In this document: piece by piece, positions 23,194-36,807 of the stretch | Layout of the letters: every line of letters starts with the position of its first letter | Position numbering within the stretch: the first letter of the stretch is position 1 | Assembly: GCA_965637545.1 (NCBI GenBank) | Contig: OZ281501.1 | Coordinates: forward strand, 1,798,001-1,862,000 | DNA: 64,000 nucleotides | From: Phallusia mammillata | Lineage: Eukaryota | Reading direction: 5' to 3' | Notes under the pieces: generated by a model | Database searches by the model: none | What the model was told of the DNA's origin: nothing | Seen by the model: only the letters and a program-made list of their open reading frames with translations | Made by a program: the position numbers and the translations under genes

Positions 23194-25311
23194 TACAAAC
23201 TTAAAAATATTTCTCTTGTCAACAACATATTTTTTATTCCGAGCCAAAACGGTGGAAAACCCGTTTATACAAATGCAGCATTTCGCTTTCTATTGAATTA
23301 AAATCATCATATGTACATAATGCAAATTCGTTTTGATGTGCAGTACAGCATATGTTTTCCAACACAGTTTGCCAAAAGACATCAAAAAATCTAATTTGTA
23401 CGATCCTTAAAGTAAATATGTGACTTTTTTCTATATTTATTTCAATGAAGAAGCGTCAAAAAAAGCTTCAGAAACGTTGTTTTGGACTTTAGACGGTGGA
23501 AAATATCCTTACTAGTAAACTTATTTACATTGCGCGGAATTTCCATGCCAACACATCGTGCTCAGGCCCCGGTGAAACATCAACAGTGCTCGGAAGAAGC
23601 AATCACTTATCGACGAAACAGAAAACAACAGAATTGCCCCAAGTAAACCAAAACAAAAACAAAACGAGACTAAAGCCAGAACAGTGCAACAGTGAATGCA
23701 TTGTTTAACGTTATATCACCATGCTGTTGTCTTTCTAAGCAAACAACCGGATTGTAAGACTGTTGTTCTTGTCAAACATCAAATGACAGTATGATTGTGC
23801 AATGAACGTTTTGATAACAACCGTATGTTTCGGTAAATTATCCAACCAAATTTCGAGACCATTACAAAAATCGACGAAGAAACAAAAAAACACTAAAAAA
23901 TGCGTTGCATTTTCCTAAATACAACTTTTCTTCTAATGCAAACTGAATTATTCCCTTTAAAGTGTTTTAAAACACTAGTTTAAAAACTGCTGATTTTCTT
24001 TTTTCTCAAAGAGAAAAACACAACTGTCTCGACCTGTTTCACAAATTCTACAAAATGCTTCTCTTGGTTTAGGAAACAGGACCACGGCTACTGTAAATGA
24101 TAAACTAGTTGTGAAACGAAAAATGACAGCACCACACCCTGTGATATGTTAATTTGACCAAGGATATCACTTTGCTCGCTGCAGGTGCTAAAGTCGTGGG
24201 CTGACTTTTCTCTCATGGGACCAGGAGGACCAATGTAGCACGGCAGAGACGCCTGACACGTGCTATAAGTTAAAACCTGGCAGAGGACTCCTGGGAATTA
24301 ATTTATATTATCTAAGCCCTCATTATGTAACGCGTCACTAGCTACCTGTCCTCTATACAAGAAAGATCATTTTAAGCTTGTCGTGTATAATTACGTTGAT
24401 GATAAACTTGGTTATATAAGACATTGATAATGCTAAAGGTAATTGTCAAAATCGTTCATGTGTTTGGAGCTGTATTGTTAAAACTTCAAGACAAATTCAT
24501 TTCAACAAACTATTTAGGTCATTAACTGTGCTTTTCATCTGTCTGTTTACTTATATTACACAATATTCTTTCCAACTTCATACATGATAACCAATGTCTT
24601 AAAAAATTAAAACCGTATACTAGTTCACATCTGATCTAATTATTAGCTACTGCTACTACTACTATATAACATGTGAGTTAACAGCTAATGTTTAATACGG
24701 GTCAGTCAATTTACTTGGAAACGCTGTGTGCTACTATCAGCTACCACTCGCATGGCGTCTGACGACTTGCATGCTAAAATAGTCCGGAATAGCTAAATCG
24801 GAGAGGTTTCCTGCTATACATATAATAAAATGCCCATACTTCGCCATAGTGTTTAAATTTAAATCGAAAGCACATCTTGGTCGGCGATACCGTATCAATT
24901 TCTTCATGAGAAACTTGAGTTTAAGAATTTTATGTATCTTTGCCCAAACAACTTGATTTCTTCTGTGTTACTGATGCAATACAAAAAGAAATAGTTAATA
25001 AGCTGTAAAGATATTTTTCTTTTATATTTAATGACACCAGCAAATATTTTTTCCTGCTAGTATTCTTTACTGCTAATAAATATATTTTAAACCTCTTCTA
25101 TCAATCTGTCGTTAGGTTCTACGCCATACGCATAAGTATTTAACAAACTAAAAAACACTAAAAAATTGAACGCCCTTTTACTGCACAGCAAAAGGATTGC
25201 CTGTTCACACATATGCATAGCTGTACAGGCGCGTAGAGTGCATTAGCCGCACTGAGTCGTTTGCATTATTCAGTACCTACTGCATGAGAACTAGACCCTC
25301 TTGCTGGACAT

Positions 25312-25509
25312 ATGCGACCTTACTTCAATGCATATGAGTATGGCCAATCAGCTACAGTGTTTTCGTTTATCAGCAAATTCACTGTAGATGCAAAAACGCT
25401 GCCTGTGCTGAATATGATCCACCCTTTCCTTCGTCCGCAAAAGTCCAACAACGCCAACTCAACGACGCTTAGAGAGTCGTTCTATAATAGTGTTGTGCGG
25501 TTATCATAG
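25312..25509 (+). mobile_element. Possible degraded LINE ORF2 3' end
   Basis: IHPFL...TTLRESFYNSVVRL resembles the HP...R..NSF.P..IRL tail of L2/Rex-type LINEs. The similarity is weak and recalled, not searched. Confidence 0.25.
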
Positions 25510-28500
25510 AGCTGCTCAATCAATTTACACCATTCCTTAGACAATCTCCATCTGCATAACAATTAGCAAGCCAAATCGCAATCCCAGCGGCTCTCCGAGC
25601 CAAACAAACATCACAAGGCAATGTAGAAATAATTTGGAACGAGTTCAACAAATCCTTATTAGTTCAAACCCGAGAGACAAAAAACAGGCAGTAACCTTTA
25701 ACCGATTTCAGTAGTCCAACTTGGATTGCAAGTAGTAGTAGGCAGTTTACCATCAAGTATCCCGATCCGTTCCAAGCAAATATAATCAACCCCAAATGTT
25801 TACTTCACACCGGGACGCGATTACACTGAGGGCAATAGTTGTAATACGGATAAGTGGGTCGACGGATCGCCTGCTTAAACTGCTTGTCAATTTAAACTAA
25901 GAGCTGAAAGCCTTTAAACGCCTTTTAAGTAATGATTTCAATGATGTAAACATTTGAAAAATTTTGTACGGAAATAAATAAATAAAAAAAACATATGAAG
26001 CAGTCTCAAACTGCCAGTGGAAAATAGTTTTCTCAAACACAATAACCATTGTACTGTTTTCAGAAACAAAATTTACAAACACAATTATTACATCGGCCGA
26101 CGGTAATATCGCGAAGTCACATTTTTTGTTTGTTGAACTTATGTACTTTTTATAAATTGATGCTGTACATTTTTGTGTGCCTAATTGTGTTTTACGGAAC
26201 TCTTTATGGCAGAATTGCATTTACTTGTAAAGCATTTGTTGCAGGCGTCATTAAACCCACATTAAAAAGAAACAAAGGAAACAAAAATGAATTGCATTCC
26301 TAAGCTGATCAGAATACTGCAGTGCGCCACTCTTTTTCTTTTTCTCTCCTATTCGCTCTCTTTTGTTTCTTTTTAATGAGCGACCGGGGATAATCGCCCC
26401 CGTAATGTTTTCGCTTTTAGGTTTCGAGCGCTCGGCCAGCTGGCAGTTTGCTGACAGATGGAGGAAAAAGCAGGCGGATAGAAAGGCGCCCGAACCGGCA
26501 CTTTCTCATTACTGACAAACGTCTCTGCAATACTCCACAAACACATGTTTTGCATGTTTTAATTATTTAATTCTGCCTGAATGCTACAAAAGTTATCGAA
26601 AAAGATTTTTAATTTGCATTAAACGCCATTTTTAGTCCATATTTCATAATTTAGATTTAAAGTTTAGACTTTATTGTTTTGTTTTAATCGCGCTATCCCT
26701 TTTATGCATTTCCAATGAAAATGCCTTTTACTTTTAATTTAGTAAATGTTGCTGTGACTTTAAATCAAACACGGAGAATTTTGATTCTTGTCCAATGTGC
26801 TATTTCTCGGTATAACGCTCTCACGAAAATATAATCTTTAATTAGAAAATGCAAGACAATGCTTATGTACAACGTTTTTGACATTTCGACAAGACATTTC
26901 TTTTTGAAATTTCTATTGAAATCATGTTTGACATTTCTACTGTCAGGTCCACAAATAAATTGGAGCTTTTAAGCACAATATTTGGCTCAATTTTTGCAAC
27001 AATTACGCATGTACAATATTTTACTAATGAATAAAAAATTGGAGTTGTTTTTTGGTATCGCGTACGCATCTTATTAAAAACGCATTTGATTTCGAAGACA
27101 GTTATTCATACAACATACAGTGGTCGCTGCAAGCAGACATTGGCAGCAGATGATACCAAGCATTGCACGACCGAGCAACGATGCGACACCAGTCAGCACA
27201 CGTCAAGCTAAGGCTGGAGGTTAAATCCCACTCACAGTTGCATTTCCCAGTACAATGTAGGAAGTCAAACAGAACAGCTAGCATCAGTACAACACAGACA
27301 GACCTTAAGAGGACAAAACACGGCTTCCAATAGACTCTAAATATCGGCCAACCACAACGATGTCAAATCCCAAAAAAAATCGAAGGCTGATCTGAAATCT
27401 GCCAGACACCTGCGCAAGAGCAACCACCTAACACTGTCCTTTTGTCCTCTGAAATTGGTTTTACTAAAGGGCAACAGCACTCAGGCCCTTGGTTGGTTGC
27501 GTGGTCAAACCACTAGGTCCCTATCTGGCTTATAACTGACGAATCCAAACGTACGATAGACAAGCAAAAAATACTGGCGCATTTTTGTTGCCATTTTGAC
27601 TGGACTTCTCTCTCTCTGCGGCCAATCTTTATTTTCTCAACATAGCTGAATCCAAATAAATAGTTTACAACCTATTTTGTACCAAAAATCAAAAATAGTG
27701 TAACAAAACCTCTTTGAAAAATCATCTAAATCGCCTGAACAGTCATTGTAATTGTCATACCATGGCCTATTATGTACAAGGAACTTAAAGACAAATGCTA
27801 AAAGACACAAGTTATAAAACATTTTGGAAATACCCTCGTGTCTAAACCCTAATTTGCAGTAACACGTCTAAACGCCCCAGTTCATTACAGTTCAAACCAC
27901 ACTTCCAGGTTACTGTGACGCAGCGCTCACGTCACAAAGGACAATGGTGGCTGGTGCAACGTCACATCCGTTGAAGCAGACCCACCAGGCCGTCATAATG
28001 GCCTTTATACTTTTGTGTACATTATGCTAAGGTCAGCGATTATTGTATTAAACTCCTTAGCGTATGATTATGATTATAGACCTCTAAACCAAAGCGAACA
28101 TGGATTTGTTATCTAAAGCGTGATAGCAACGAGTAATGGTTCATCCAGAGGACTTTTTCTGATCACTCTGTACTATATGTGGGAATTTCCATGTCGTTAT
28201 AAGTTAAAAAAACCCACTAACAAGGAAACCAGTATAGCAGATAACTTGTTTAGGCAAGACAAAAAACCGTTGAAACGTTAACTACTAAAAAACTAAATAC
28301 CACCGAACTAAAACAATTACACCAACAGTATAGATTTCAGCTTTTTTTGAAAAAAAAGCGAGAAATGAAAAGAGCAGAATAATACAAAACGAGTTATGAC
28401 AACTTGATCCATGTAACGTTTATTCCATATTAACGTATTTTAAACAAAACAAAGAAAAGGTCGTTCTCTCAAGGTAAAGATGCAATATGATTAAGTCTAA

Positions 28501-29760
28501 GAATGTTTTTTTTTAATATTTAAAAATCTATTCGACTTTTAAATCTGGTCTATACAAAGTCCCGAAATTGTTTCAACATTTTTGTATTACAATTAAAGTT
28601 TGTTCCACTATTCACCTAATTAAAGTATTAGGTTTGTGAAGTTTATTGTTAAGAAAACCACTCAGATGTTGTGGGTGTAGTTTTTAAGTCTGAAAAAAAG
28701 GGCCTGATCTGGGCCTGGCTTTACATAAGGCGTTATTGGTGTCGCAATTTAAACAACTTTCAAGGCCAATTCGGGCGTTGGTTTTTCTAAGTCGAGCTCG
28801 AGTATTTTGGGATTCGGGCCCTAATTTCGGACTGGTTTACAACTGTGGTATAGACCCGCAGAATTTCGAATCCAGGTAATGAAAAGTTACGTTCAGGCAT
28901 TTGAAGTTAAAGAGGTGCTGATATAAAAATTGTCTTAATCCACAGATGCACATCAGACGACATTCACTTGACATATCTTAGCTGACACTCAAATCAGTAA
29001 ACTAAAATTGTCAGCTAAAATACGCTTCTGAAGTATTAGTTAAAGATGGGAGTATTTCTTATCGCATTTCGGGGGGCCTTGAGCATGGTGGAAGGACGCA
29101 ATACGGAAGAAGGGGATCCTTCTCTCATCCGCATCCTGTTTTGGCTAACAGGGGGAAGTGATGTAATAATTGAATACTACACACGTCACAACTTCTCGTC
29201 ACGATGGTGAGTTGCAAAACGAAAACCAAAACAAGTAACATAACTATTCTGTTGCAGGCCAACGCTTTGAGAATGAAAGTCAGAATGTCGATTCTATGTT
29301 ACACATTAATACCCAGTTTATATTGCTAGCTGACTATTGATATAGTTTGGCCATTAACTGCTGGTGAGACTTTCGACACACTTGAAGTAAGTACACTAGT
29401 GTGCAAAACCTGTTACTACATTCGATGCAACTTACATATATTGGCCAAAATATTCGATTAAATGTTGACGGCTCGTTGTACCATCCATTGACAAAACAAT
29501 ATATTATTTTTTTTAACTCTCATCTTTCGGAGCTAATTACCGGTGACAACTTAACGTTTAGACCTCTACAAGCTTTTGTAAGATGAACTAAAACTTAGAA
29601 AGATCTACTTGGTACTTTTAAATGATATCCAAAATTCAACCTAACAATACTATTCGGACACATAACCCGAACAAATGACCCATCCCTTTATGCTTCATAA
29701 TTAAACTCAGCATCACGACACGAACTCTGGACTCGACCAAGTTTCCGTGGCTTCTGACTC

Positions 29761-29796
29761 GTCACGTGTCACGTGATCTACTGTTGGCCACGTGAC
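29761..29796. promoter_or_regulatory. E-box cluster (3 x CACGTG, with GTCACGTG/TCACGTGA/CACGTGAC contexts)
   Basis: CACGTG at 29763, 29770 and 29789. Confidence 0.4.
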
Positions 29797-32700
29797 AACC
29801 GGAATTTAAAACTAGCGTAATCTCCGCCTGGTTCTGAGCTGCAATATCGTCGCAATTCATGTGAATATGCTACCATGTGGTCACTGTTTTTCAAATAGAA
29901 AGGGATACGGTTTGGTGCTTAGATTGTTATGCATACTTCGTTGTTATTAACCAGCTGAAACCTCGGCGAAAAAACTACATTCGTCTATCTTTAATGTAAT
30001 CAACCCTGTCCCAAAAGTAGTCTATAAAACTACACGCAACCTATAACACATACTGAAATCTTTTTAATTATATAGTAGTTATCTACAGGAAAGCTATTTC
30101 TACATGATCGAATTCTGTTTTGTATTACTTGAATGCAATTTGAAGTATATTCTAAATAAGCTAAATTTGTCTCTTTGCGTCAAACTAAATACAGTGTTAG
30201 CAACTTCTATAAAACCAACCCATAAATACAACCTTAACCATGTCTTCTATACACAGCGTATTTTTACTTGCTTCAATTCATTAGCATAATAAGTCTTTCA
30301 AAAACAGGACTTTCAACATGTTTTGCATATATCCGAAGCACGTCCAACCTTTCAACAAACAAAACAAACTCACGACCTCCAAAACATCACAAGAACGATA
30401 GCAATGTCTGCACATAATGCAGCGCCCAGCAGGCCTGGCGAAATCGATTTGAAGGCGCGCTCACAATATGTTGACGGTCGATACAATGACAGACGACATT
30501 TGCGGATTTTAATACCCCGCTTTCCCCGAGAGAGATCGCAATCAAGGACCCGAACTGTGATCAGATGCCGACCAGGGCAAACGGACCAGACTGTGCTAGG
30601 ATGGATGAATCGTTAGAACTGGGTAACCATCCACTGGCTATACCTTGTTTGGTTTCATTGATTTGATCAAAGCAAAAGTCGGTTATACTAAGTCATCGTA
30701 TAAGAAAATTAGACTTTTGCAAATCTTAAGTGAGGGGTATTTGCAGGCTAAGTGAACACCAGATCAACAATAGACAATGTGTAATATCAAATGTTAGTAT
30801 AAAAATGTTTGTGACTTTATCCTGGACCGTAATACAAAGGAAATAGTTAAATTTCGGATCGCACAATGACCGAAAAAATACTTGCAAAGATGTTGAAATT
30901 TGGAGAAAAAAAATGCTGCTGAAACCGAGCAATATATATTCGCGTGACTCAACAAAAAAATATTTGATTTGTTGCCTATCAACTCAATTGCACGAATTCT
31001 CTTTACATTCAACGAAAAAAAACATTTTATTAATCAGCCGTAATGCATGATATTACTGCTTCTATTGACAAACTCTATTCAAATGTGCTTGCAACAGCAA
31101 TATATGACAAGTCATGCATAAAATGACGCATTTGGGTGTGTTTGACGTCATTGAATGTAGGACGTCTGGAATAATAATGTTTAAAGGGAGGTGTAGGGGA
31201 GTGAACGACCATTAATCAAATTCACCTCAACAAGGTTAGCAACGATTCGTTAAATAAAAAAAAACATTTATTGAAAAATCCCAAGTATTTGAATACGACT
31301 ATGAAACAACTTGTGTAGGATAAAAATGTCGACGCCCCTTACAGTGACGACATGTATTTGCAACATCTATGGTGAATTTGCTGATCAAGAGAGTTTCGTA
31401 TGACTTATATGGGCAAAATTTCGGTTTCGAAAGACCGTTTGTGTCTGTGAAACCAAAACAAGCAACAAAGAAAAGCTAACGATGCCAAGATAGGAAATGT
31501 GTTGCGAAAAAACAGTCACCGTTCAATGCTGTTTATGTTCGCTAGCCCCTTACATGGATCTACTGTTTGGTTTTTAGTTGATTGGTAGCGAAAAGAAGCG
31601 ACAGCATTAAACAACGTTACCGTGGTAATAAGGGCACAATAGGAGTTCGTTAAAATGCCCTTGGTGGTCGAAACCATGACCCAACACGAAAATACTAAGA
31701 GTGTACAATGGCGGTCCTAAAATAAATAAAGAACTGCTGTGCAGTGTTTGAGAACATGAATAGTTTATTACACTCAAACTACCTTGTACACTGGTTTACT
31801 TTCAACACCATTTGAAACGGACTGCTTAGAAACGCTAAGCTTTCCTAGTTTCCAAACACAGACCATCTCTCCGATATTCTTTTAATTGTGTAGGACGTTA
31901 AAATGCTTAGCACAAAATATTAACCATTTTGTAAGGACGCCTAGATATTTTAAACACGCTGTTTGGACGTCTGTGTTAAGAGGTAGGGCAAGTGTTATTG
32001 AAAAGCGTAAAAATTGAAACGAGCTGTTGCAAAAACGACTACATTTGAATCCCGTTTCAATTATGCCACTCTTAATCCACACACCAGCAGCATGAATTCA
32101 AAACAAACGATGACAACACAGAATTCTTATTCATATCATTTTGTACACCAAACACAAAATACTGACTAAACACTCAGCAGAATAAAGTAGAGCAATGTCT
32201 AATTTAATTCACCCGTTTTTTTGCAAAATACCTCTATTGTGAAGCAACTTTTCCTACAATACTACTTTTTGAAAAGCACTAAGCAAAACTCTGTTATACG
32301 TTATCAGGTGTATTATGTGAAAGTGCTTAGAAAACCTGCGTCATGCTCGGACCTTCATAACATGCCCGCCCACCCAGTAGTGGGAGGTGGGATTTGAACC
32401 CACAAGTACAGAATGACCTGCACAAGGTCAGGAACATGACAGGGCAAACAAACAACAAACAGCACTGCATACTGCACTTCACATACAAGACTATATGTTG
32501 CTATCTTTAATACAGAAACTTAGTATCCATTTGTAGTATATGGTTTTCTTTTTAAGTATCAATGAGTTTGAAGTTAAAGAGTCTGATTCATTTTCTCATG
32601 CGCTCAGCTAATATACAGCCCGGCATTTGTAATAAATCACAAAGCATAGTTGAAAATCCTGATTTGATTGACTTCTACCTCAGAACAATGCCAAAACCGA

Positions 32701-35700
32701 TTTTCTACAAATATTTTACCACCTAAATCACAGTACGCGACGTCTACGGCACTTACTACAGTAACACAAAGCATGAAACTAAATGCCGAGTGTAGCAGTG
32801 AGTATTTTAGGCTTGTAATTTACGTGATGAGAACTGAAATCCTCTGAAGCGCATTCAACGTGGGACTCGGATGAACAAATGCAACCAAAACAAAGCGAAC
32901 AAAGTAGTTGGACCGGTGAACCACGGCAGTTTGTATATTTCCTATGCGAAATCGGTTATAATACACAAATATGTCGGACATATGTAATAGCTACACCGGC
33001 GAATTGCATTGAAACACGTTGCCATTTTCACAGAGCCATTGTGACGAAACTAAATCTTTGCTGCGAAATTGTCAGCGACTGCCACCTAATCCTAATCAAC
33101 AAGTGCAAAGGGTAAAGGACGATTTGGCCTATGTGTGCAAATGAATTGATTTCCATTGATTCTCTATTTATTTTTGCAATTATATACAGCGCTGCTACGA
33201 AAATGGAACCAGAATAGGGAGAATGAATGGCACAAGCGGCATTAACAACCTACGAAGTATGGTAAATTTCAGTAAATACGAATTAAGAACAATTCCATCG
33301 CTTGATTTTCCAATTTTAACCAACGAAAGTGTATTACTAAACACTTACTTAACCACATAATACCCAAAACTTAACAACAAATTGGCGAAAAGAGGCAATG
33401 GGCTAAGGTAAAAAGAATAATAAATTCAAAAAGAGTATCTCAACAGCCTCAAAACAAATCAGAAAATAACTCTACGAACACATTGGTCACTTGCACCTAT
33501 CCTATAACGACACAATTTGGAATAATTCAAGCTGTTGTGCCCTATTACTGCCGCTAATGACGAGTACCAAACGAAAATCAGACATAACTTCCAATAACTA
33601 AATTCACAAACACAGCAAATCACCTACAATAAACTAGCTTCTCAATGTAAACTAAACATCCAAAATGTCCAAACGATGACATTTTTTGACCAAAATACAT
33701 ATTGCTCAAGCAGGCTGCAATGACCAGCGCAGTATAAAGGATAGCATCAGTAACAATACGGCAGCAGTAGCAGCAGCTGGTTAATTAATTCCGCCAGCGC
33801 ATCGCGAAACGGCCGCCAACGCAGAGGCACAAGCAGAAGCTGAAGCAGCAACAGGCGGAGTCTGAGCTGGGGAAGAGACGCCCATGCATAATTCACCATC
33901 TGATCAGCACAGTAGCTGCTGACCATCGATTTTTGCAAGCTGGTAACGCCAAACCCTTGAGTTGAAACAGTTTCCATCTAAGCTACCAAAAATATGTAGC
34001 TAACTCAAACATTTTATGTAATGTTTAAAATTTCGTTAACAGCAAGTCATACAATACACCATATGACCCTTCGATTTTAAACGTTGGGATGGAAAAATGT
34101 CAGCATTGCGATAAGAGAGATGAAAAGAATGACTATCTTGTGCAAAATATAATCTTAAAATAAAACTGGTGTTTTCAATTGTTTTTTCAGGTTTAAAACT
34201 GTGTTTTGTCAGTGACAATGCTATATTAAAACTCAACGTAACACACCTTTACCCATATTACGGTAATCAATGCATACAGCATCACATATTTCATTTAAAA
34301 ATGCCTTAAATTTGTCAAAGTGTGTGCTGTTCTTAAAAAAAATCAACCTACCATACAACAGCATGCATGTAACATGGTTGGCGACATAATGCCACATAAG
34401 ATGAACTAAACAAATCGTGATTGAAATCCGTTTTAGCAAAACACAAATCAGCTGTCAAATAACAAATGTTGGCAAACAAAAGGCTTCTGAGTTTACAATA
34501 CAAGTCAATTCGGTCGAGATGCAAAACACAAACTGCTTGTGAACTCCGTGTCACAAACTTGTTGTGAAGTAATCAAGTTTCGATTACACGGACAAAGTTA
34601 AAACGGGATCTAATTATCCTTGGTGTCGGCTAACCCTTGGTGACCCGTATCCCCTATGGAAAAACTTCGCCAATATAATGATAAGAATCCAGGACCGCGT
34701 TTTTGTTTGTTCCTGCTCTTCTATTTAACCTGCCACGACGGGTTAAAAAATCATATTTTAAAATAGAACAATTGCTGTAAAACAAATAACTAGGCTGGGC
34801 TATTGTTCTTCCTCAATTTTTCCACCATCCTTTACCCGAGTCGTTTTTCATCTCATTTATCTCCCCTGAAGTTTCAAATATCTTTCCTGGACATTGAGAC
34901 CAAAAAGCCCGCAGCTCCAGTCAACTTAACACCAGTAGCTTCGCTAACTGCAAAACAATTTAGCCAACGTGGTAAATGCATGCGCGTGCACATCCTATCG
35001 CACACACGCGCTGCGTTGCGCATTACAACGCGTCGGCACGTGCGCATTAATCAATCGCACACGCACTCCGCTCTGAGCATTCAATGCCCACAGACATCTG
35101 TTCTGCAGCTTGGGGGATATTCCGAACCTCCTGACAGTTCAACAGGTTGTCGCCGTGCCAATGTGTTGATTGACATAAGGCCGACCGATCGGCGGTGTGT
35201 CTAGGATATATTATTATTTTATTTCACGTGGGTTTGTTGTGAAAAATAAGCTATGAAGTGTGAAGTGTATATACTGCATACTGCTAGTAAACTTTCTAAT
35301 CGGATAAAAAAATGATAAATTTGAAATCCAAGCGAAACAAATCTTAACCTAGCATTCTGTATCTTATTGTATTTTCAGCAGTTTTAGCGTCACATGCGAT
35401 TACAGTAACAAACATCTTTTGTTTTGTTTTCTAATTTTCACCTTCTTTTGATCCTCTTTTTGGATTTTACCTGTTTCAGATTTTGTGATTAAATATTCAC
35501 ACTAAAATTGCATTCCTTTTTTCAAACTTGATATAGCCAAGCTAAAGTTGCATATGTTTTTTTTTGTACTTTAAGTTAATAAGACAGAAACCACAAACAC
35601 ACCAACACAATTCAAACAGATCATTCCGAATTTTAACATTAGTTAGTTACTTTAATTTTAACTTTTTTATTTTGTTTCACATTAGTGCGATTAATTTTCT

Positions 35701-35885
35701 TTGTCTATCTCCAGAAACAGAAACACACATGCTCGAAAGGGATGATATTTTCCAGCCGGTGAAAGTTTGCGATGCAAATAAGCGGAGGTTCTTATGCTTC
35801 CGTGCATTGAGTCGATTGTTGCAGGTTTGTTGTGTCTAGGAAGGGATGCATGATGCAACATTTGGTGATTCTGGTGGCTTTAGAA

Positions 35886-36807
35886 CAGAGGTTCTTAAAC
35901 TGGGGGGCGCGCCCCCCTAGGGGGGCGTGAGGGATTCGCAAGGGGGGCGCAGCACAATCTGGCTGCAAAGTTTTCACCTGCAAACAATTGTAAATGAATG
36001 GATAGGAATAATGTGGGCGCTGATTTCGAACTTATTGTTTGGAAATTAAAGTAAACTCTTCATTACTGTGAAATGGATGTCCAGCCCACGAGGCGATTTT
36101 TATATGGGCGCCAAGATATGGTCGTCCTGGAAGTCCATTTAAAATCTGTTCATAGTTAGTCTCATCTTACAAGCAATGCATGTATATTACGTCACAAGTA
36201 ACAAAATAAGGAAATTGTTTGCGCACAATTAACACTTTGTGACGTGACAAAACTGGCTTTGGATCAATCCTGGGCGTTGCAATCCCATAAAAGTAGGTAC
36301 GGTAATATTAATTCTACATGTCGTGACAGTAAACTTTCGTAAGAAGTAGACTAATTTTTGAATGTAACGAAGTTATCAATACGATTTGACAAACCAAAAA
36401 TTGGGTCGCGAGCCGGATGAAATGACCTCACAGGCCGTAGTTTGGTGACCCCTGTGCTATATAGTCGGCTGTACATTTTTCACTTGTTCTTAATTTCGCA
36501 TCAGAGATTGCCTTGACTTTCAGTGCATGAACAACGTCTGGGCGTCGGACGACATATGCGTAGTTTAAAAGAATACTGGCAACGTGTCTCTGTGTTCGCA
36601 AAAGCCTACTTTTTCGCAACTTATCAGTGTTGAAGTGGCTTTTTCCAACGTTCGGAACTAACTTGACAGTAGCTTAAAGCGGACCTAAGATGTATGTTGT
36701 TTTCGAAAAACAAGACAAGCATCATCAGTGCTAACGTTTTTAGGGGGGCGTGAGATTAAATAAATAGTGTCAAGTGGGGCACGACCGAAAAAGTTTAAGA
36801 ACCCCTG
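35886..36807. mobile_element. Non-autonomous hAT-type DNA transposon (922 bp)
   Basis: TIRs CAGAGGTTCTTAAACT / AGTTTAAGAACCCCTG; perfect 8-bp TSD CTTTAGAA on both sides; one internal end of another hAT-like element (TTTGGTGACCCCTG, about 36440-36453). Confidence 0.85.

Noticed and set aside
27102-27284. Cys-rich 60-aa ORF MLAVLFDFLHC
   Set aside because: No recognisable domain and no phase-compatible link to FAM78 exons could be established.
30323-30616. 97-aa plus-strand ORF
   Set aside because: No homology recalled and no convincing splice sites.
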